Assembly: GCA_024401055.1 (NCBI GenBank)
Contig: JAKSLT010000002.1
Span: 1,885-65,884 of the forward strand
DNA: 64,000 bases
Source: Bacteroidaceae bacterium
GTDB lineage: Bacteria; Bacteroidota; Bacteroidia; Bacteroidales; Bacteroidaceae
Direction of reading: 5' to 3'
Part shown: in pieces, positions 7,797-17,847 of the stretch
How the letters are laid out: the number at the start of each line of letters is the position of its first letter
Position numbering within the stretch: position 1 is the stretch's first letter
The notes under the pieces: model-generated
Database searches by the model: none
The model's input: the letters and a program-made list of their open reading frames with translations, nothing else
Told to the model about the DNA's origin: nothing
Program-made: the position numbers and the translations under genes

Positions 7797-9821
7797 TTAT
7801 TGTGCAGCTTCACGAGCGTTTTTGTAAGTCACAAGGCCTTCTTTCAGCCATTGAGTGTAGGCGGGCACGTCTTCGTTGTAGGAGCGCGGCGGAGCAATGA
7901 CATGGCCGTCGTTGTCGAGGATGAAATAGTAGGGCTGGGCGTTGCAGCCGAACTTCATGCGCTGCAGATAGCTCCAGCGGTCGCCGATGGTGCGGAGGCG
8001 CACCTCCTTGCCGTCCTCATTGACGGTGATGGTCTCGGGCAGCGGGGTCTTTTCATCGACATAGAGGGAGATGAGCACGTAGTCCTTCATCAGCATGTCG
8101 CGCACGGAGGCATCATGCCATACGGCGAGCTCCATCTTGCGGCAGTTCACGCAGCCATGGCCGGTGAAGTCGAGCATGACGGGCTTGCCGGTCTGCTTGG
8201 CGTAGGCCATGCCGGCTTCGTAGTCGCGGAACTGGGCCTCCACCTTGTTCTGGTCGAGGTTGAAGTCCTGCGTGGTGATGGGGGGAGCGAAGGCGCTGCA
8301 AGCCTTACAGGGTGCACCCCACAGGCCGGGCACCATATAGATGGCGAAGGCAATGGAGGCCAGACCGATGAAGAAGGCCGTGACGCTGGTGTGGCGCTCG
8401 TCCTCGTCGTCGTGGGGGAACTTAATGAGGCCCCAGAGGTAGAGACCGAGGGCGGCGAAGAGGCCTATCCACAGGGCGAGGAAGGTCTCGCGGTCGAGGA
8501 TGTGCCAGCCGTAGGCGAGGTCGGCCACGCTGAGGAACTTCAGTGAGAAGGCCAGTTCGATGAAGCCGAGCGTCACCTTCACTCTGTTCATCCACGAGCC
8601 TCCGCGGGAGGTCTTCTTCAGCAACGCCGGGAACATGGCGAAGAGCGTGAAAGGCAGGGCAAGGGCAAGGGCAAAGCCCAGCATGCCGATGGTGGGGGCC
8701 AGTATGCCGCCGCCACCCGTGCTGACCTCAACGAGGAGGAAGCCGATGATGGGGCCGGTGCAGGAGAAGCTGACGAGCGTGAGGGTGAAGGCCATGAGGA
8801 AGATGGCCAGGAGGCCGCTGGCTTTCTCGGCCTTGCCGTCGATAGCGTTGCTCCAGCTGCTGGGCAGCGTGATTTCGAAGCCGCCGAGGAATGAAGCACC
8901 AAAGGCCAGGAGCATCAGGAAGAAGAAGATGTTGAAGACGGCGTTAGTGCTCAGGTCATTCAGGGCCGACGCACCGAAGAGAGCCGTCACCGTCAGGCCC
9001 AACGCCAGATAGATGACCACGATACTTATACCGTAGATGATGGCATCCTTTATGCCCTTTTTCTTGTCGTCGGAGCGCTTGAGGAAGAAGCTGACGGTCA
9101 TAGGGATGATGGGCCACACGCAGGGCGTGATGAGAGCCACGAGACCACCCAGAATACCCAGCAGGAATATCATCCAGAGACTCTGACCGGCAGCATTCTC
9201 GGCGATGTCAAACTTCTTGAGCTCGTCAATTGAGGAGGTCCACCAACCTTTGGCATCGCCTTCGTCAACAGTGACGGCGGCGGCGAGACTGTCGGTGGCC
9301 AAGGAGTCGGAAGCTACGGCAGGCTGCTCGGCCTCTGCGGCCTTCTCTTCGGGTTCTTCTACTGCGGCCTTGCCGTCGGGACCGTCGGAGCCCTTGAGTT
9401 TACACATTACGTCGGTGGGCGGGAGGCAGGTCTCATCGTTGCAGGCCGAGAACTGCAGGTAGCCCTCAAGCTCGTAGTTTTTCTCGGTGAGTTCCACGCG
9501 CTGGGTGAACTGCGCCTTGCCCTCGAAGAACTGTATCTCCTGGCCGAACATCTCGTCGTAGGCTTTTTTGATGCCGGGGCCATCCTTCAAGGCACCCTTC
9601 ACCTTAGCGCCCTTGGCCTTGTCGGTGCCGAAGATGGCGGGATTGGGGCCGTCGCCACCGCAATGGCAACCATAGACATGCCAACCTTTGTCGGCCTTGC
9701 CGTTAAAGATAATGTCGATTTCAGTGGGGCTCACGCGCTTGTAGCTGACCGTGAAGTTTACCTGGGCTACCGCCGTGGCAGCCATCAAGGCAAGAATGAG
9801 TATAGAATAAAAACGTTTCAT
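7797..9821 (-). CDS. dsbD: DsbD-family thiol:disulfide interchange protein
   Basis: Start reassigned to MKRFYSIL (9821), downstream of TAACTTTG at 9845-9852. Motifs ACNDETCLPP, TPCVWPIIP, SFSCTGP and FTGHGCVNCRKME. Confidence 0.92.
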   Translation of the reverse strand: MKRFYSILILALMAATAVAQVNFTVSYKRVSPTEIDIIFNGKADKGWHVYGCHCGGDGPNPAIFGTDKAKGAKVKGALKDGPGIKKAYDEMFGQEIQFFEGKAQFTQRVELTEKNYELEGYLQFSACNDETCLPPTDVMCKLKGSDGPDGKAAVEEPEEKAAEAEQPAVASDSLATDSLAAAVTVDEGDAKGWWTSSIDELKKFDIAENAAGQSLWMIFLLGILGGLVALITPCVWPIIPMTVSFFLKRSDDKKKGIKDAIIYGISIVVIYLALGLTVTALFGASALNDLSTNAVFNIFFFLMLLAFGASFLGGFEITLPSSWSNAIDGKAEKASGLLAIFLMAFTLTLVSFSCTGPIIGFLLVEVSTGGGGILAPTIGMLGFALALALPFTLFAMFPALLKKTSRGGSWMNRVKVTLGFIELAFSLKFLSVADLAYGWHILDRETFLALWIGLFAALGLYLWGLIKFPHDDEDERHTSVTAFFIGLASIAFAIYMVPGLWGAPCKACSAFAPPITTQDFNLDQNKVEAQFRDYEAGMAYAKQTGKPVMLDFTGHGCVNCRKMELAVWHDASVRDMLMKDYVLISLYVDEKTPLPETITVNEDGKEVRLRTIGDRWSYLQRMKFGCNAQPYYFILDNDGHVIAPPRSYNEDVPAYTQWLKEGLVTYKNAREAAQ

Positions 9822-9992
9822 GGTCTTATAAACACTTTGGGCTGCAAAGTTACAATTAAAACGGCAATATACCAAGCCGTTGACTCTTTTTCTGCTTTCT
9901 AGCTCTGTTTTTGTTTTCCAAAGTCCTCTCATACCACCCTCAAGTCGCTGTTCAGAGGTTGGTTAAAAAAAAAGGAATGTGCACGCGCCGTA

Positions 9993-11039
9993 TCAAAAAT
10001 TCACGGCATCATCCCCGCCGCACACCAAGGGGCGGCAACGTTCCAGAATCTCGAAGAGGGCGTCAAGGCTTTCGGCGCGGAGCATCTCAATGCGCGTCTG
10101 GCGGAAGTTGGGGATGCCCTTGAAGAGCGGCGATGCGGCGAGATGGCGGCGCACATGGAGAATTCCGCGATACTCGGCGTTGTCCTTGCCCTGCTCGTCC
10201 ACGAGGCGGATGCTGGCGAGGGCCTGTTGCTTGAGTACATCCAGTTGCTCGTCGGGGGTGAGCGTCTGGCCTTTTATCTCGGCGAAAATCCAGGGGCGGC
10301 CGAAGGTGGCGCGGCCTATCATCACGGCATCTACGCCGTAGCGCTCAAACGCCTCGCGGCAACGCCCGGCGGAGTCTATGTCGCCGTTTCCGATGATGGG
10401 GATGCGGATGCGGGGGTTGGCCTTCACGCGGCCTATCGGCGCCCAGTCGGCCTCGCCGGTATACATCTGCGAACGGGTTCTGCCGTGGATGGTGAGGGCG
10501 CTGATGCCCTGGTCTTGCAGGCGCTCGGCGAGCGATTCTATGAGGAACGTGCGCTGACCTTCGGAGCCTTCCTCGCGGGAGGGGAGCGGAAGCGTCCAGT
10601 CCAGGCGTGTCTTGACGGTGACGGGCACGCGGTCCCCCACCCTATCGACTACGGCACGGGTAATCCGGCACATCAGGTCGGGGTCCTGCAAAAGGCCGGC
10701 GCCGGCCCCTTTGCCGGCCACGCGCTTCACGGGGCAGCCGAAGTTAATGTCAAGCACGTCAGGGTGGGCCTGTTCCAGCACGATTTCGGCCGCCTCGGCC
10801 ACGGCGCCGGGGTCTTTGCCGTAAATCTGTATGGCCACAGGGCGCTCCTCATCGCAGACGCGGAGCTTCTGCAACGACTTGTTCACCAGGCGCACCAGGG
10901 CGTCGGCGGCCACGAACTCGCTATACACCATAGCGGCACCCATCCGGCGGCAGAGCAGACGGAAACCGATGTCGGTAACATCCTCCATCGGTGCCAGCAG
11001 CACGGGGCGAGGGCCAAGGTCAACGGGGCCTATCTTCAT
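9993..11039 (-). CDS. dusB: tRNA-dihydrouridine synthase B
   Basis: LAPMEDVTD, DINFGCPVKRV, TIHGRT, GNGDI and AVMIGRA. Confidence 0.95.
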   Translation of the reverse strand: MKIGPVDLGPRPVLLAPMEDVTDIGFRLLCRRMGAAMVYSEFVAADALVRLVNKSLQKLRVCDEERPVAIQIYGKDPGAVAEAAEIVLEQAHPDVLDINFGCPVKRVAGKGAGAGLLQDPDLMCRITRAVVDRVGDRVPVTVKTRLDWTLPLPSREEGSEGQRTFLIESLAERLQDQGISALTIHGRTRSQMYTGEADWAPIGRVKANPRIRIPIIGNGDIDSAGRCREAFERYGVDAVMIGRATFGRPWIFAEIKGQTLTPDEQLDVLKQQALASIRLVDEQGKDNAEYRGILHVRRHLAASPLFKGIPNFRQTRIEMLRAESLDALFEILERCRPLVCGGDDAVNF

Positions 11040-11043
11040 AAAT

Positions 11044-11784
11044 TCAGAGGGATTTCTTCTTACGCGCGATTATAATATAAATAAGGAGTGCTCCCACGAG
11101 AAGGAGGGGCAGTCCCAGGGCAATGTGCTCGGGCACGCTCAAGTCCTTTGTCCACTCGTCGCTGCCGGGAATGTACATCAGGCCGATGGCAACGCTGTTG
11201 TTGATGATGTGGGCGGGCAGGCAGAGCGAGAGGTCGCCGGTGTGGACATACAACAGGCCGAGCACGAGGCCGAGAAGGCTGGCGGGCACCATCTGGGCGG
11301 GGTCACCGTGGACGAGACCGAAGAGAAGGGCGCTGACAACGACGGCCCAGACGGGCTTTATGCCGTTCTGCGCGAGGTGGCGCAGGATGCCGTCGCGGAA
11401 GATGAGTTCCTCCAGCCACGGACCTACGACGCAGAGCATAAGGATGCACAGCACGTCGGAGCGCATGGCCTCAAAGGTGGCCTCCAGGCCGAGGTCGCTG
11501 AGGTTGAGCGGCTCCAGCATGATGTTCACGCCGAAGGCCAACGCCAAGATGCCCGCACCGGCCAGGAGGGTCTTTCCTGTCAGCCAGCCGGTGCCCTTGG
11601 GGTAGGACTCCTTCTCGCCGGCGAGGCGCAAACGCCACAATAGGGCGATGATAAGGAGGTCAACGGCTAAAATGGTGTAGCCCATGTAGCGGGCATTCTC
11701 AAGCCAGCCCATGCTGCCGGCAATTATTCCGGCCACAAACTGGCCGCAGAGAAAAATAAGGAAGAGGATGAGAACTTTCTTCAT
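11044..11784 (-). CDS. CPBP (CAAX/Abi)-family intramembrane metalloprotease
   Basis: EELIFRD, FGLVH and AHIINN; multiple transmembrane segments. Confidence 0.92.
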   Translation of the reverse strand: MKKVLILFLIFLCGQFVAGIIAGSMGWLENARYMGYTILAVDLLIIALLWRLRLAGEKESYPKGTGWLTGKTLLAGAGILALAFGVNIMLEPLNLSDLGLEATFEAMRSDVLCILMLCVVGPWLEELIFRDGILRHLAQNGIKPVWAVVVSALLFGLVHGDPAQMVPASLLGLVLGLLYVHTGDLSLCLPAHIINNSVAIGLMYIPGSDEWTKDLSVPEHIALGLPLLLVGALLIYIIIARKKKSL

Positions 11785-11787
11785 TTC

Positions 11788-12624
11788 TTATTGATGATGG
11801 AGCGTGAGTGATTTCAGGTCGTTTTCTATTTGCCGGCGCAGGGCCTCCAGCGAGGGGAACGCCTGCTCATCGCGCAGGCGGCGAAGGAGACTGACGGAGA
11901 GCGGCTGGCCGTAGAGGTCGCCGTGGAAGTCCTTGATGTGAGCCTCTATGGAGATGTCGCTGCCGTTGTTCAGGGTGGGGCGATGGCCAATGTTCACAAG
12001 AGCGGGACCGTAGGGCGTGGTGGCGGTATAGACGCCGGTCTTGGGGATAAGGAGGGACGTGGCGAGGTTGGCAGTGGGGAAACCTATAGAGCGCCCCACC
12101 TGTCGGCCTGCCACCACGGTGCCACAGAGCGTGTAGGGGCGGCCCAGCATTTCGTTGGCGTCGGCTATGCGGCCTTGCTGGAGGGCTTGGCGTATGGCGC
12201 TGCTGCTGACGCCGGGCAGGGACTCCGCGCGCCTCACCTCGAGGCCCAGGGCGTGGCCGTCACGCTCATAGTCATCGTCGGGCGAGGGACGACCGAAGCG
12301 GTGGTCGTAGCCCAGCAGGAGGAGTCCCACGCCGTATTCATCGCGCAACTTCTGCATGAACTCCTTCGCCGTGAGACGTGCCATTTCTTCGGTGAAATCG
12401 AGGATTTTCACCTCGCGGACCTGTTCCTTCAACAGCCGCTCCTTCTCTTCCAGCGTGCAGAGTTGCGGCGGCACGGTCTTTCCGAGCACAGCGGCAGGAT
12501 GTCGGCGGAATGTCAGCGCCAGCGTCTGCATCCCCCGCTCCTCAGCCTGCGCACGGAGTTGCTGCAACAGGAACCGATGTCCCTGATGCACGCCGTCAAA
12601 ACAACCGATGGTGCACGCTTTCAT
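11788..12624 (-). CDS. ribF: Bifunctional riboflavin kinase/FAD synthetase
   Basis: GCFDGVHQGH, GYDHRFG, VSSSAIR, GRSIGFPTAN and IEAHI. Confidence 0.96.
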   Translation of the reverse strand: MKACTIGCFDGVHQGHRFLLQQLRAQAEERGMQTLALTFRRHPAAVLGKTVPPQLCTLEEKERLLKEQVREVKILDFTEEMARLTAKEFMQKLRDEYGVGLLLLGYDHRFGRPSPDDDYERDGHALGLEVRRAESLPGVSSSAIRQALQQGRIADANEMLGRPYTLCGTVVAGRQVGRSIGFPTANLATSLLIPKTGVYTATTPYGPALVNIGHRPTLNNGSDISIEAHIKDFHGDLYGQPLSVSLLRRLRDEQAFPSLEALRRQIENDLKSLTLHHQ

Positions 12625-12629
12625 AAGAA

Positions 12630-12769
12630 GACCCTCCCCTAACCCCTCCCTTAAAGGGCGGGGAATGGATTGGGATTGTAGGTTAAGGTTAAAGTTAAGG
12701 TCAATAATTATCGTTATCGCTCGTAAGTATATACTCCCCGCCCTTTAAGGGAGGGGTTGGGGGAGGGTC
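12630..12769. repeat. Family-B REP doublet (near-perfect 35-bp inverted repeat)
   Basis: GACCCTCCCCTAACCCCTCCCTTAAAGGGCGGGGA (12630-12664) differs at one position from the reverse complement of 12735-12769. The right arm contains the U32 stop codon. Confidence 0.92.
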
Positions 12770-13992
12770 TTTTTTACCAAATAAACCTTATCCGCCGGCC
12801 TTACCTTCTCGGGCACTTTCACGGCGGCATACTGTCCTTTCAAGGCCTCGGTGGCGGGGCCGTCGGTATGGATTTCGTCGGCGGTGACGTAGAGGGCGCC
12901 CGTGGTGGGGCCGATGATGAGGAGACGGTCGCCGAGATGGATGTCGGCAGCCTCCACCTTGAACTCGCCCACGCCGAGCTTGCTGTAGTACTTCGTTACC
13001 TTGCCCACATATTGTTTCTTCTCCGTAGCCGAGGAACCATAGTGCGGACTCCACTCGCCGAGGCGCTGGCCCAGATAGTAGCCGTTCCAGAAGCCGCGGT
13101 TGAAGACGGTGGCGAGGCGGCGGTTCCACTCGGCCTTCTTTTCTTCGGTGAATTCGCCGTTTTCCACGGCACGGAGGGCCTCCTTGTAGCACTGCACGGT
13201 GGTCAGCACATACTCTGCCGAGCGGGCACGGCCTTCAATCTTGAATACACTCACGCCGGCCTCTATCATTTCGTCGATAAAATCAATGGTCTTGAGGTCC
13301 TTCGGCGACATGATGTACTTGTTGTCCACGAGGAGTTCGGTGTCGCTCTCGTAGTCCTTCACGCTGTAGCCGCGGCGGCACACTTGCATGCAACTGCCCC
13401 TGTTGGCCGAGCCGCCGAGGTTGTGGAGCGAGAGGTAGCACTTACCGCTCACGGCCATACACAGGGCACCGTGGCAGAACATCTCGATACGTATCTGCTC
13501 GCCGGACGGGCCGCAGATGTTCTCGCGGACGATGGCGTCGTGGATTTCGCGCACCTGGTTGAGGTTGAGTTCACGGGCCAGCACCACGACGTCGGCAAAC
13601 TGGGCGTAGAAGCGCAGCGCCTCCACGTTGCTGATGTTGAGTTGGGTGGAGAGGTGCACCTCCTGCCCTATCGTCTTGCAGTAACTCAACACGGCCACGT
13701 CGGCAGCGATGATGGCGCTGATGCCGGCAGCCTTGGCAGCGTCGCAAATCTCGCGCATAAGGGGCAGTTCCTCACCGTAGATGATTGTGTTCACGGTGAG
13801 ATAGGATTTCACGCCGGCCTCGCGGCACTGCGTGGCAATGTCGTGCAGGTCGTTTATCGTGAAGTGCGAGGCGGAGTGAGCGCGCATGTTGAGTTGCTCC
13901 ACGCCGAAGTAGATGCTGTCGGCCCCAGCCTTCAAGGCAGCGGCGAGACACTCGCGGCTACCGACAGGCGCCATTATTTCAAGTTTGTGCAT
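12745..13992 (-). CDS. U32-family peptidase-like Fe-S protein (TrhP/RlhA/PrtC-like)
   Basis: EIMAPVGS, HGALCMAVSGKCYLS, NRGSCMQVCRR, MSPKDL and FKIEGR. Confidence 0.93.
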   Translation of the reverse strand: MHKLEIMAPVGSRECLAAALKAGADSIYFGVEQLNMRAHSASHFTINDLHDIATQCREAGVKSYLTVNTIIYGEELPLMREICDAAKAAGISAIIAADVAVLSYCKTIGQEVHLSTQLNISNVEALRFYAQFADVVVLARELNLNQVREIHDAIVRENICGPSGEQIRIEMFCHGALCMAVSGKCYLSLHNLGGSANRGSCMQVCRRGYSVKDYESDTELLVDNKYIMSPKDLKTIDFIDEMIEAGVSVFKIEGRARSAEYVLTTVQCYKEALRAVENGEFTEEKKAEWNRRLATVFNRGFWNGYYLGQRLGEWSPHYGSSATEKKQYVGKVTKYYSKLGVGEFKVEAADIHLGDRLLIIGPTTGALYVTADEIHTDGPATEALKGQYAAVKVPEKVRPADKVYLVKKTLPQPLP

Positions 13993-14302
13993 TTATTTTG
14001 GAATTATATACAACTTGACACAAGTCTGTGGATTTATTTTCTATTAGAACCCGTTGACTTTTCTTTTATCAAGAATTTATGAATTTAAGAATTTTTTCCG
14101 TGCAGTCGGATTTGGAATTTCTGGGAATTGCAGAGCCTCGCTCTGCCGGAACCATGCGGACTGCAATTCTGCTGCGACGCAGCAATTCCTATAAATTCTA
14201 AAAAATCATATAATTCTTGTATAAAAAAGATAATTCTCTAATTCACCGATTCTTGCTCTGGCAAGCGGCAAAGCCGATTACTTGATAAAAATATAGTTTT
14301 CT

Positions 14303-16168
14303 TTATTTTTCAGAGTTTTGCGGTAAAGAGAAGTGTCCGGGGCTGGCCACGGTGATGGCGCGCACCTTCTGGCCCTCCTTGAGAGTGAAGGGGGCGGTGT
14401 AGAGCGTGGAGTGCTCGTGGGGCATTGTGCCGTCAAGGGTGTAGCGTATCTCGGCGCCCTCCACGGGAGAGGAGAGCGTGACGCGGCCGTCTTCTTCCTT
14501 GACGACGGGCTCCGGCACGCGGTAGTGTACGTCCAGTGCGTCAAGACGGGCGAAGTGCTTTCCGAGGGCGCCGGTGAAGCGCTCCCACGAGCGGTCGGCC
14601 TTCTTGCACCACGCCACCTCGCTCACTGCCAACAGGCGCGGATAGGTGAGATAGTCGATGTAGGCCTCGCTGCGGTTTTCGTTCAGCGGGCGCAGTTCGG
14701 GAAGGCCCTTGCCGTGGATGAAGAGGTCGCTCCACATACAGGCCTGAATGCCGATGCAGGCGCCGTCGGCACTGTAGTCCTCACACGGCATGCCGTACAA
14801 CTTTTCCAAAGATATGGGGCCGCGCCACGTAGCGGCGGGCACCTCGCCCTCCACCACTCTTTCGGGGAAATCCAGGTACAGGTAGGCGTTCGGCGAGAGG
14901 AGCACCTTGTGGCCCATATCCTTAATCTTTGTGCTGTCGCCCATCGCTCCGCTCCAGACGGTGGCCACAACAGGCTCGTCCACCTTGCCGCGCTCCACGA
15001 TTTCCTGCCAGCCCACGGCCGTGCGGCCTTTCTCCTTCAGCATCCTGGCCACCTTGTTGGTGAGCCAGCCTTGCAGTTCGCTGGCCTTCTTCAGTCCCTC
15101 GCGCTGCATCAGTGCCTGACAGTTGGGGCAGGCCTCCCAGCGCTTGTACTTGGCTTCGTCGCCGCCGATGTTCACGTAGCGGCAGGGGAAGAGGTCGCAC
15201 ACCTCATCCAGCACGTCGCGCAGGAAATCGAGGGTCGTCTGCTTGCCCACGCAGAGCAGTTCAGGGCTGATGGAGTGGCGCGTCTGCAACACTTGCTGCT
15301 CACCCGTGCACGACAGCCAGGGGTAAGCCACCACGGCACTCATCACATGGGCGGGGAACTCCACCTCCGGCACGATTTCCACACCGCGCAGGGCGGCGTA
15401 CTTGATAAGCTCGCGCATTTCCTCCTGCGTGTAGTAGCCGCCGAGGCGCTCGCCCTCCGTGCCGGCCCAGGCTCCCTCTTGCGTCAGGCGGGGGTACTTC
15501 TTTATTTCCAGGCGCCAGCCACTGTCGTCGATGAGGTGCAGTTGCAGGCGGTTGAGTTTATAGTGGGCCATGCAGTCAATGTAGTGGCGCAGGTAGCGCA
15601 GGTCGTGGAAGTAGCGGGCCACGTCGAGCATCAGTCCGCGCCACGGCCGCTGGGGAGCATCCTTCACGTCCACGGCGGGCAGTGTCCAGGCGCCCTGCTC
15701 GGTCATCCGCTTGTGCAGATGGCTATCCATTATCTCCGCCGGCAGCAACTGCAGCAACGACTGCACACCATAGAACGCACCGGCGGCGTCAGCGCCCTTT
15801 ATCAGCGCCTGCTGCGGCGTCACGTTCAGCGTGTAGCCTTCGGCCTTGAGGTCGTTGGAGAGGAAAAGTCCTATGCCGTTGTGCTTCTTATCCTTCAGGC
15901 GCAGGAATTGCTCTGCCGTCGTGGCCTTCAGCTGCAGCGTAAGCCCCGTGGAGGGCTCTACGATGTCGCGCAGGTAGGCGGCCAGTTCTTTCAGTTCGGG
16001 AGCGTGATACACGATGGTCGTCTCCGTCAGTGCGAACTGTCCTTCTCCCCGCGTCATCTGCTGGGGTTGGGGGATGATACTCTGTGCTGTGGCAAGGGAG
16101 CAGCAGAAGCATGCTGCCACGAGGGTCAATACGTACGCGCGTAGGCGTATAAATAAATAATGTGTCAT
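14303..16168 (-). CDS. GH20 beta-N-acetylhexosaminidase with a C-terminal Fn3-like domain
   Basis: Signal peptide. WRGLMLDVARYF, LHLIDDSGWRLEI, GGDEA and YPRLLAVSEVAW. C-terminal IRYTLDGTMP. Promoter TAACTTTG at 16194-16201 (-). Confidence 0.95.
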   Translation of the reverse strand: MTHYLFIRLRAYVLTLVAACFCCSLATAQSIIPQPQQMTRGEGQFALTETTIVYHAPELKELAAYLRDIVEPSTGLTLQLKATTAEQFLRLKDKKHNGIGLFLSNDLKAEGYTLNVTPQQALIKGADAAGAFYGVQSLLQLLPAEIMDSHLHKRMTEQGAWTLPAVDVKDAPQRPWRGLMLDVARYFHDLRYLRHYIDCMAHYKLNRLQLHLIDDSGWRLEIKKYPRLTQEGAWAGTEGERLGGYYTQEEMRELIKYAALRGVEIVPEVEFPAHVMSAVVAYPWLSCTGEQQVLQTRHSISPELLCVGKQTTLDFLRDVLDEVCDLFPCRYVNIGGDEAKYKRWEACPNCQALMQREGLKKASELQGWLTNKVARMLKEKGRTAVGWQEIVERGKVDEPVVATVWSGAMGDSTKIKDMGHKVLLSPNAYLYLDFPERVVEGEVPAATWRGPISLEKLYGMPCEDYSADGACIGIQACMWSDLFIHGKGLPELRPLNENRSEAYIDYLTYPRLLAVSEVAWCKKADRSWERFTGALGKHFARLDALDVHYRVPEPVVKEEDGRVTLSSPVEGAEIRYTLDGTMPHEHSTLYTAPFTLKEGQKVRAITVASPGHFSLPQNSEK

Positions 16169-16391
16169 AGAAAAATAAAAACGATATACGCTGCAAAGTT
16201 ACGAATAAGCGGGCGAAAATACAAGAGAAACGCTGTTTTTCTTGGTTTTTCCGAACAAAAGTAACTTGGGGCGCAGCTTAATATTACGAATATCCGAGCA
16301 AAAAATGCTAACTTTGCAACGGAAACAGAAAAAAATGCAGTAAAAAGTGTAACTTTTCCTTCCCTTGTCCGTCATTAAAGTAGAAAGCACG

Positions 16392-16892
16392 ATGAAACAG
16401 TTGGATTTCCGCCGCGACCTCCTGTCGCAGAAAGACCGCCTCTATCGCCTCGCACTGGCCATCCTCAACCATACCGCAGAGGCAGAAGACACGGTGGAAG
16501 ACACCCTTATAAAAGTGTGGGAGGAAAACCAGCAGCACCCCGAGAAGGACATCGCCGACCTCAAGGCCTATCTCACCATCGTCTGTCGCAACCTGGCCCT
16601 CGACCGTGCCGCCCGCCGCGCCCGTCAGCACCCGCTCGCCGACACAATGCCCGACATCGCCGACGAAACTCCCGCACAAAGCGAAGCCCATGCCGACCTT
16701 CAGGACCGCTACGACAAAACGCTCTCACTCATCCACAACCTCCGCGAGCCCCAGCGCTCATGCCTCATCCTGCGCGACGTGGAAGGACTCTCCTATCAGG
16801 AGATAGCCCACACGCTCCAGCTCACCGAAGGACAAGTCAAGATTAACATCCACCGCGCCCGCCAAGCCGTGCGCCAAGCCTATCAAGCATGA
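16392..16892 (+). CDS. ECF RNA polymerase sigma factor
   Basis: AEDTVEDTLIKVW, CRNLALD and LRDVEGLSYQEIA...VKINIHRAR. Start taken at MKQLDF; TAACTTTG at 16309-16316. Confidence 0.93.
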   Translation: MKQLDFRRDLLSQKDRLYRLALAILNHTAEAEDTVEDTLIKVWEENQQHPEKDIADLKAYLTIVCRNLALDRAARRARQHPLADTMPDIADETPAQSEAHADLQDRYDKTLSLIHNLREPQRSCLILRDVEGLSYQEIAHTLQLTEGQVKINIHRARQAVRQAYQA

Positions 16893-17377
16893 ATTACTCC
16901 TATATAAACCAACTCATCGCCCGCTACTGGGACGGCCTCACCACCGCCGAGGAAGAGCAAATCCTCCGCTCCTTCTTCTCCCAGGAAGAAGTGCCCGATG
17001 AACTCAAACCCTACGCCGCCCACTTCGCCGCCCTGGAGCACCACCGCGGTCAGCACCTCGGCGCCGACTTCGACGAGCGCATCCTCGCCCGCCTCGGCAA
17101 CGTAGAGCCCACTCCCGTAGTGACGGCCCGGCCCCTCACGCTCTCCGACCGCGTGCGCCCCTACTTCCGCGCAGCCGCCGCCGTGGCCATCGTGGCCCTC
17201 ATCGCCGGCAGCGTAGATCACGCCCTCACACAGGGCGCCGCCGAGCGGCAGGCGCAAATCGCGGCACAGAAGCAAACGGCCGACAGTCTCTCCCCCGAAC
17301 TTGAGACCCTCTCCCCCGTACAGGACGCCACGCGCACCGCATCGGCCGATTCCACCGAAACAATTCTGCTCTATTAA
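16889..17377 (+). CDS. Putative membrane-anchored anti-sigma factor
   Basis: ATGA overlap with the sigma gene. N-terminus LIARYWDGLTTAEEEQILRSFF and a single TM segment (AAAAVAIVALIAG). Confidence 0.72.
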   Translation: MNYSYINQLIARYWDGLTTAEEEQILRSFFSQEEVPDELKPYAAHFAALEHHRGQHLGADFDERILARLGNVEPTPVVTARPLTLSDRVRPYFRAAAAVAIVALIAGSVDHALTQGAAERQAQIAAQKQTADSLSPELETLSPVQDATRTASADSTETILLY

Positions 17378-17440
17378 AACACCATACCCCCTTTTTTCCG
17401 TTGCCCTCAGGCTCCGGTTCTCTCATTAAAACTTCCACAA

Positions 17441-17479
17441 AGAAGGCCATCCCCACCACACCGGCGAGGATGGCCTTCT
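17441..17479 (+). terminator. Stem-loop terminator after the sigma/anti-sigma pair
   Basis: agaaggccatcc / ggatggccttct. Confidence 0.65.
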
Positions 17480-17545
17480 CTCGTATGAAAAACACGGAAA
17501 AACGGCATTTGTAAAGATTTAGTTTTCAGAAGTCTATGAAGGCGT

Positions 17546-17636
17546 CTGTTTTCAACAGCTGTTGAAAACAGTTTTAACAGTTGTTGAAATGCGTTTTAAC
17601 AGCTGTTGAAATTAATTTTAACAGCTGTTGAAACAA
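17546..17636. repeat. 22-bp x4 array of the palindrome TT(C/T)AACAGCTGTTGAA
   Basis: AACAG starts at 17554, 17576, 17598 and 17620; short variable linkers between units. Confidence 0.92.
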
Positions 17637-17767
17637 AATTAAAAGGGGGATAATTTTGGGAAAGGCAGCAAATAGGTTGTTTTATACTTTTATATTCGTA
17701 TCCGGTATATAGTTCCGGCAATGCCCCGAAGGGGGTACGCCGAGCCATTTTTGCGGACAGCAATAAT

Positions 17768-17818
17768 AAAAAGTAAACGCAGAAAGGCCGTGCGCGGTGC
17801 ACGGCCTTTCTGCGTTTA
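17768..17818 (-). terminator. Strong intrinsic terminator of the giant GH95 gene
   Basis: Stem taaacgcagaaaggccgtgc / gcacggcctttctgcgttta with a T tract on the minus strand. Confidence 0.85.
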
Positions 17819-17847
17819 TGAAAGAGGGGGAGCGGTTGTTCCCTGTC

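Noticed and set aside
11044-11784. CPBP/Abi protease as a phage-defence or bacteriocin-immunity gene
   Set aside because: It sits in a housekeeping operon next to ribF, with no bacteriocin or defence genes nearby.
17546-17636. Palindromic arrays (also at 4.1, 27.3, 40.9 and 59.6 kb) as CRISPR
   Set aside because: Linkers are only about 5-8 nt with no unique 25-45-nt spacers, and there are no cas genes in the window.
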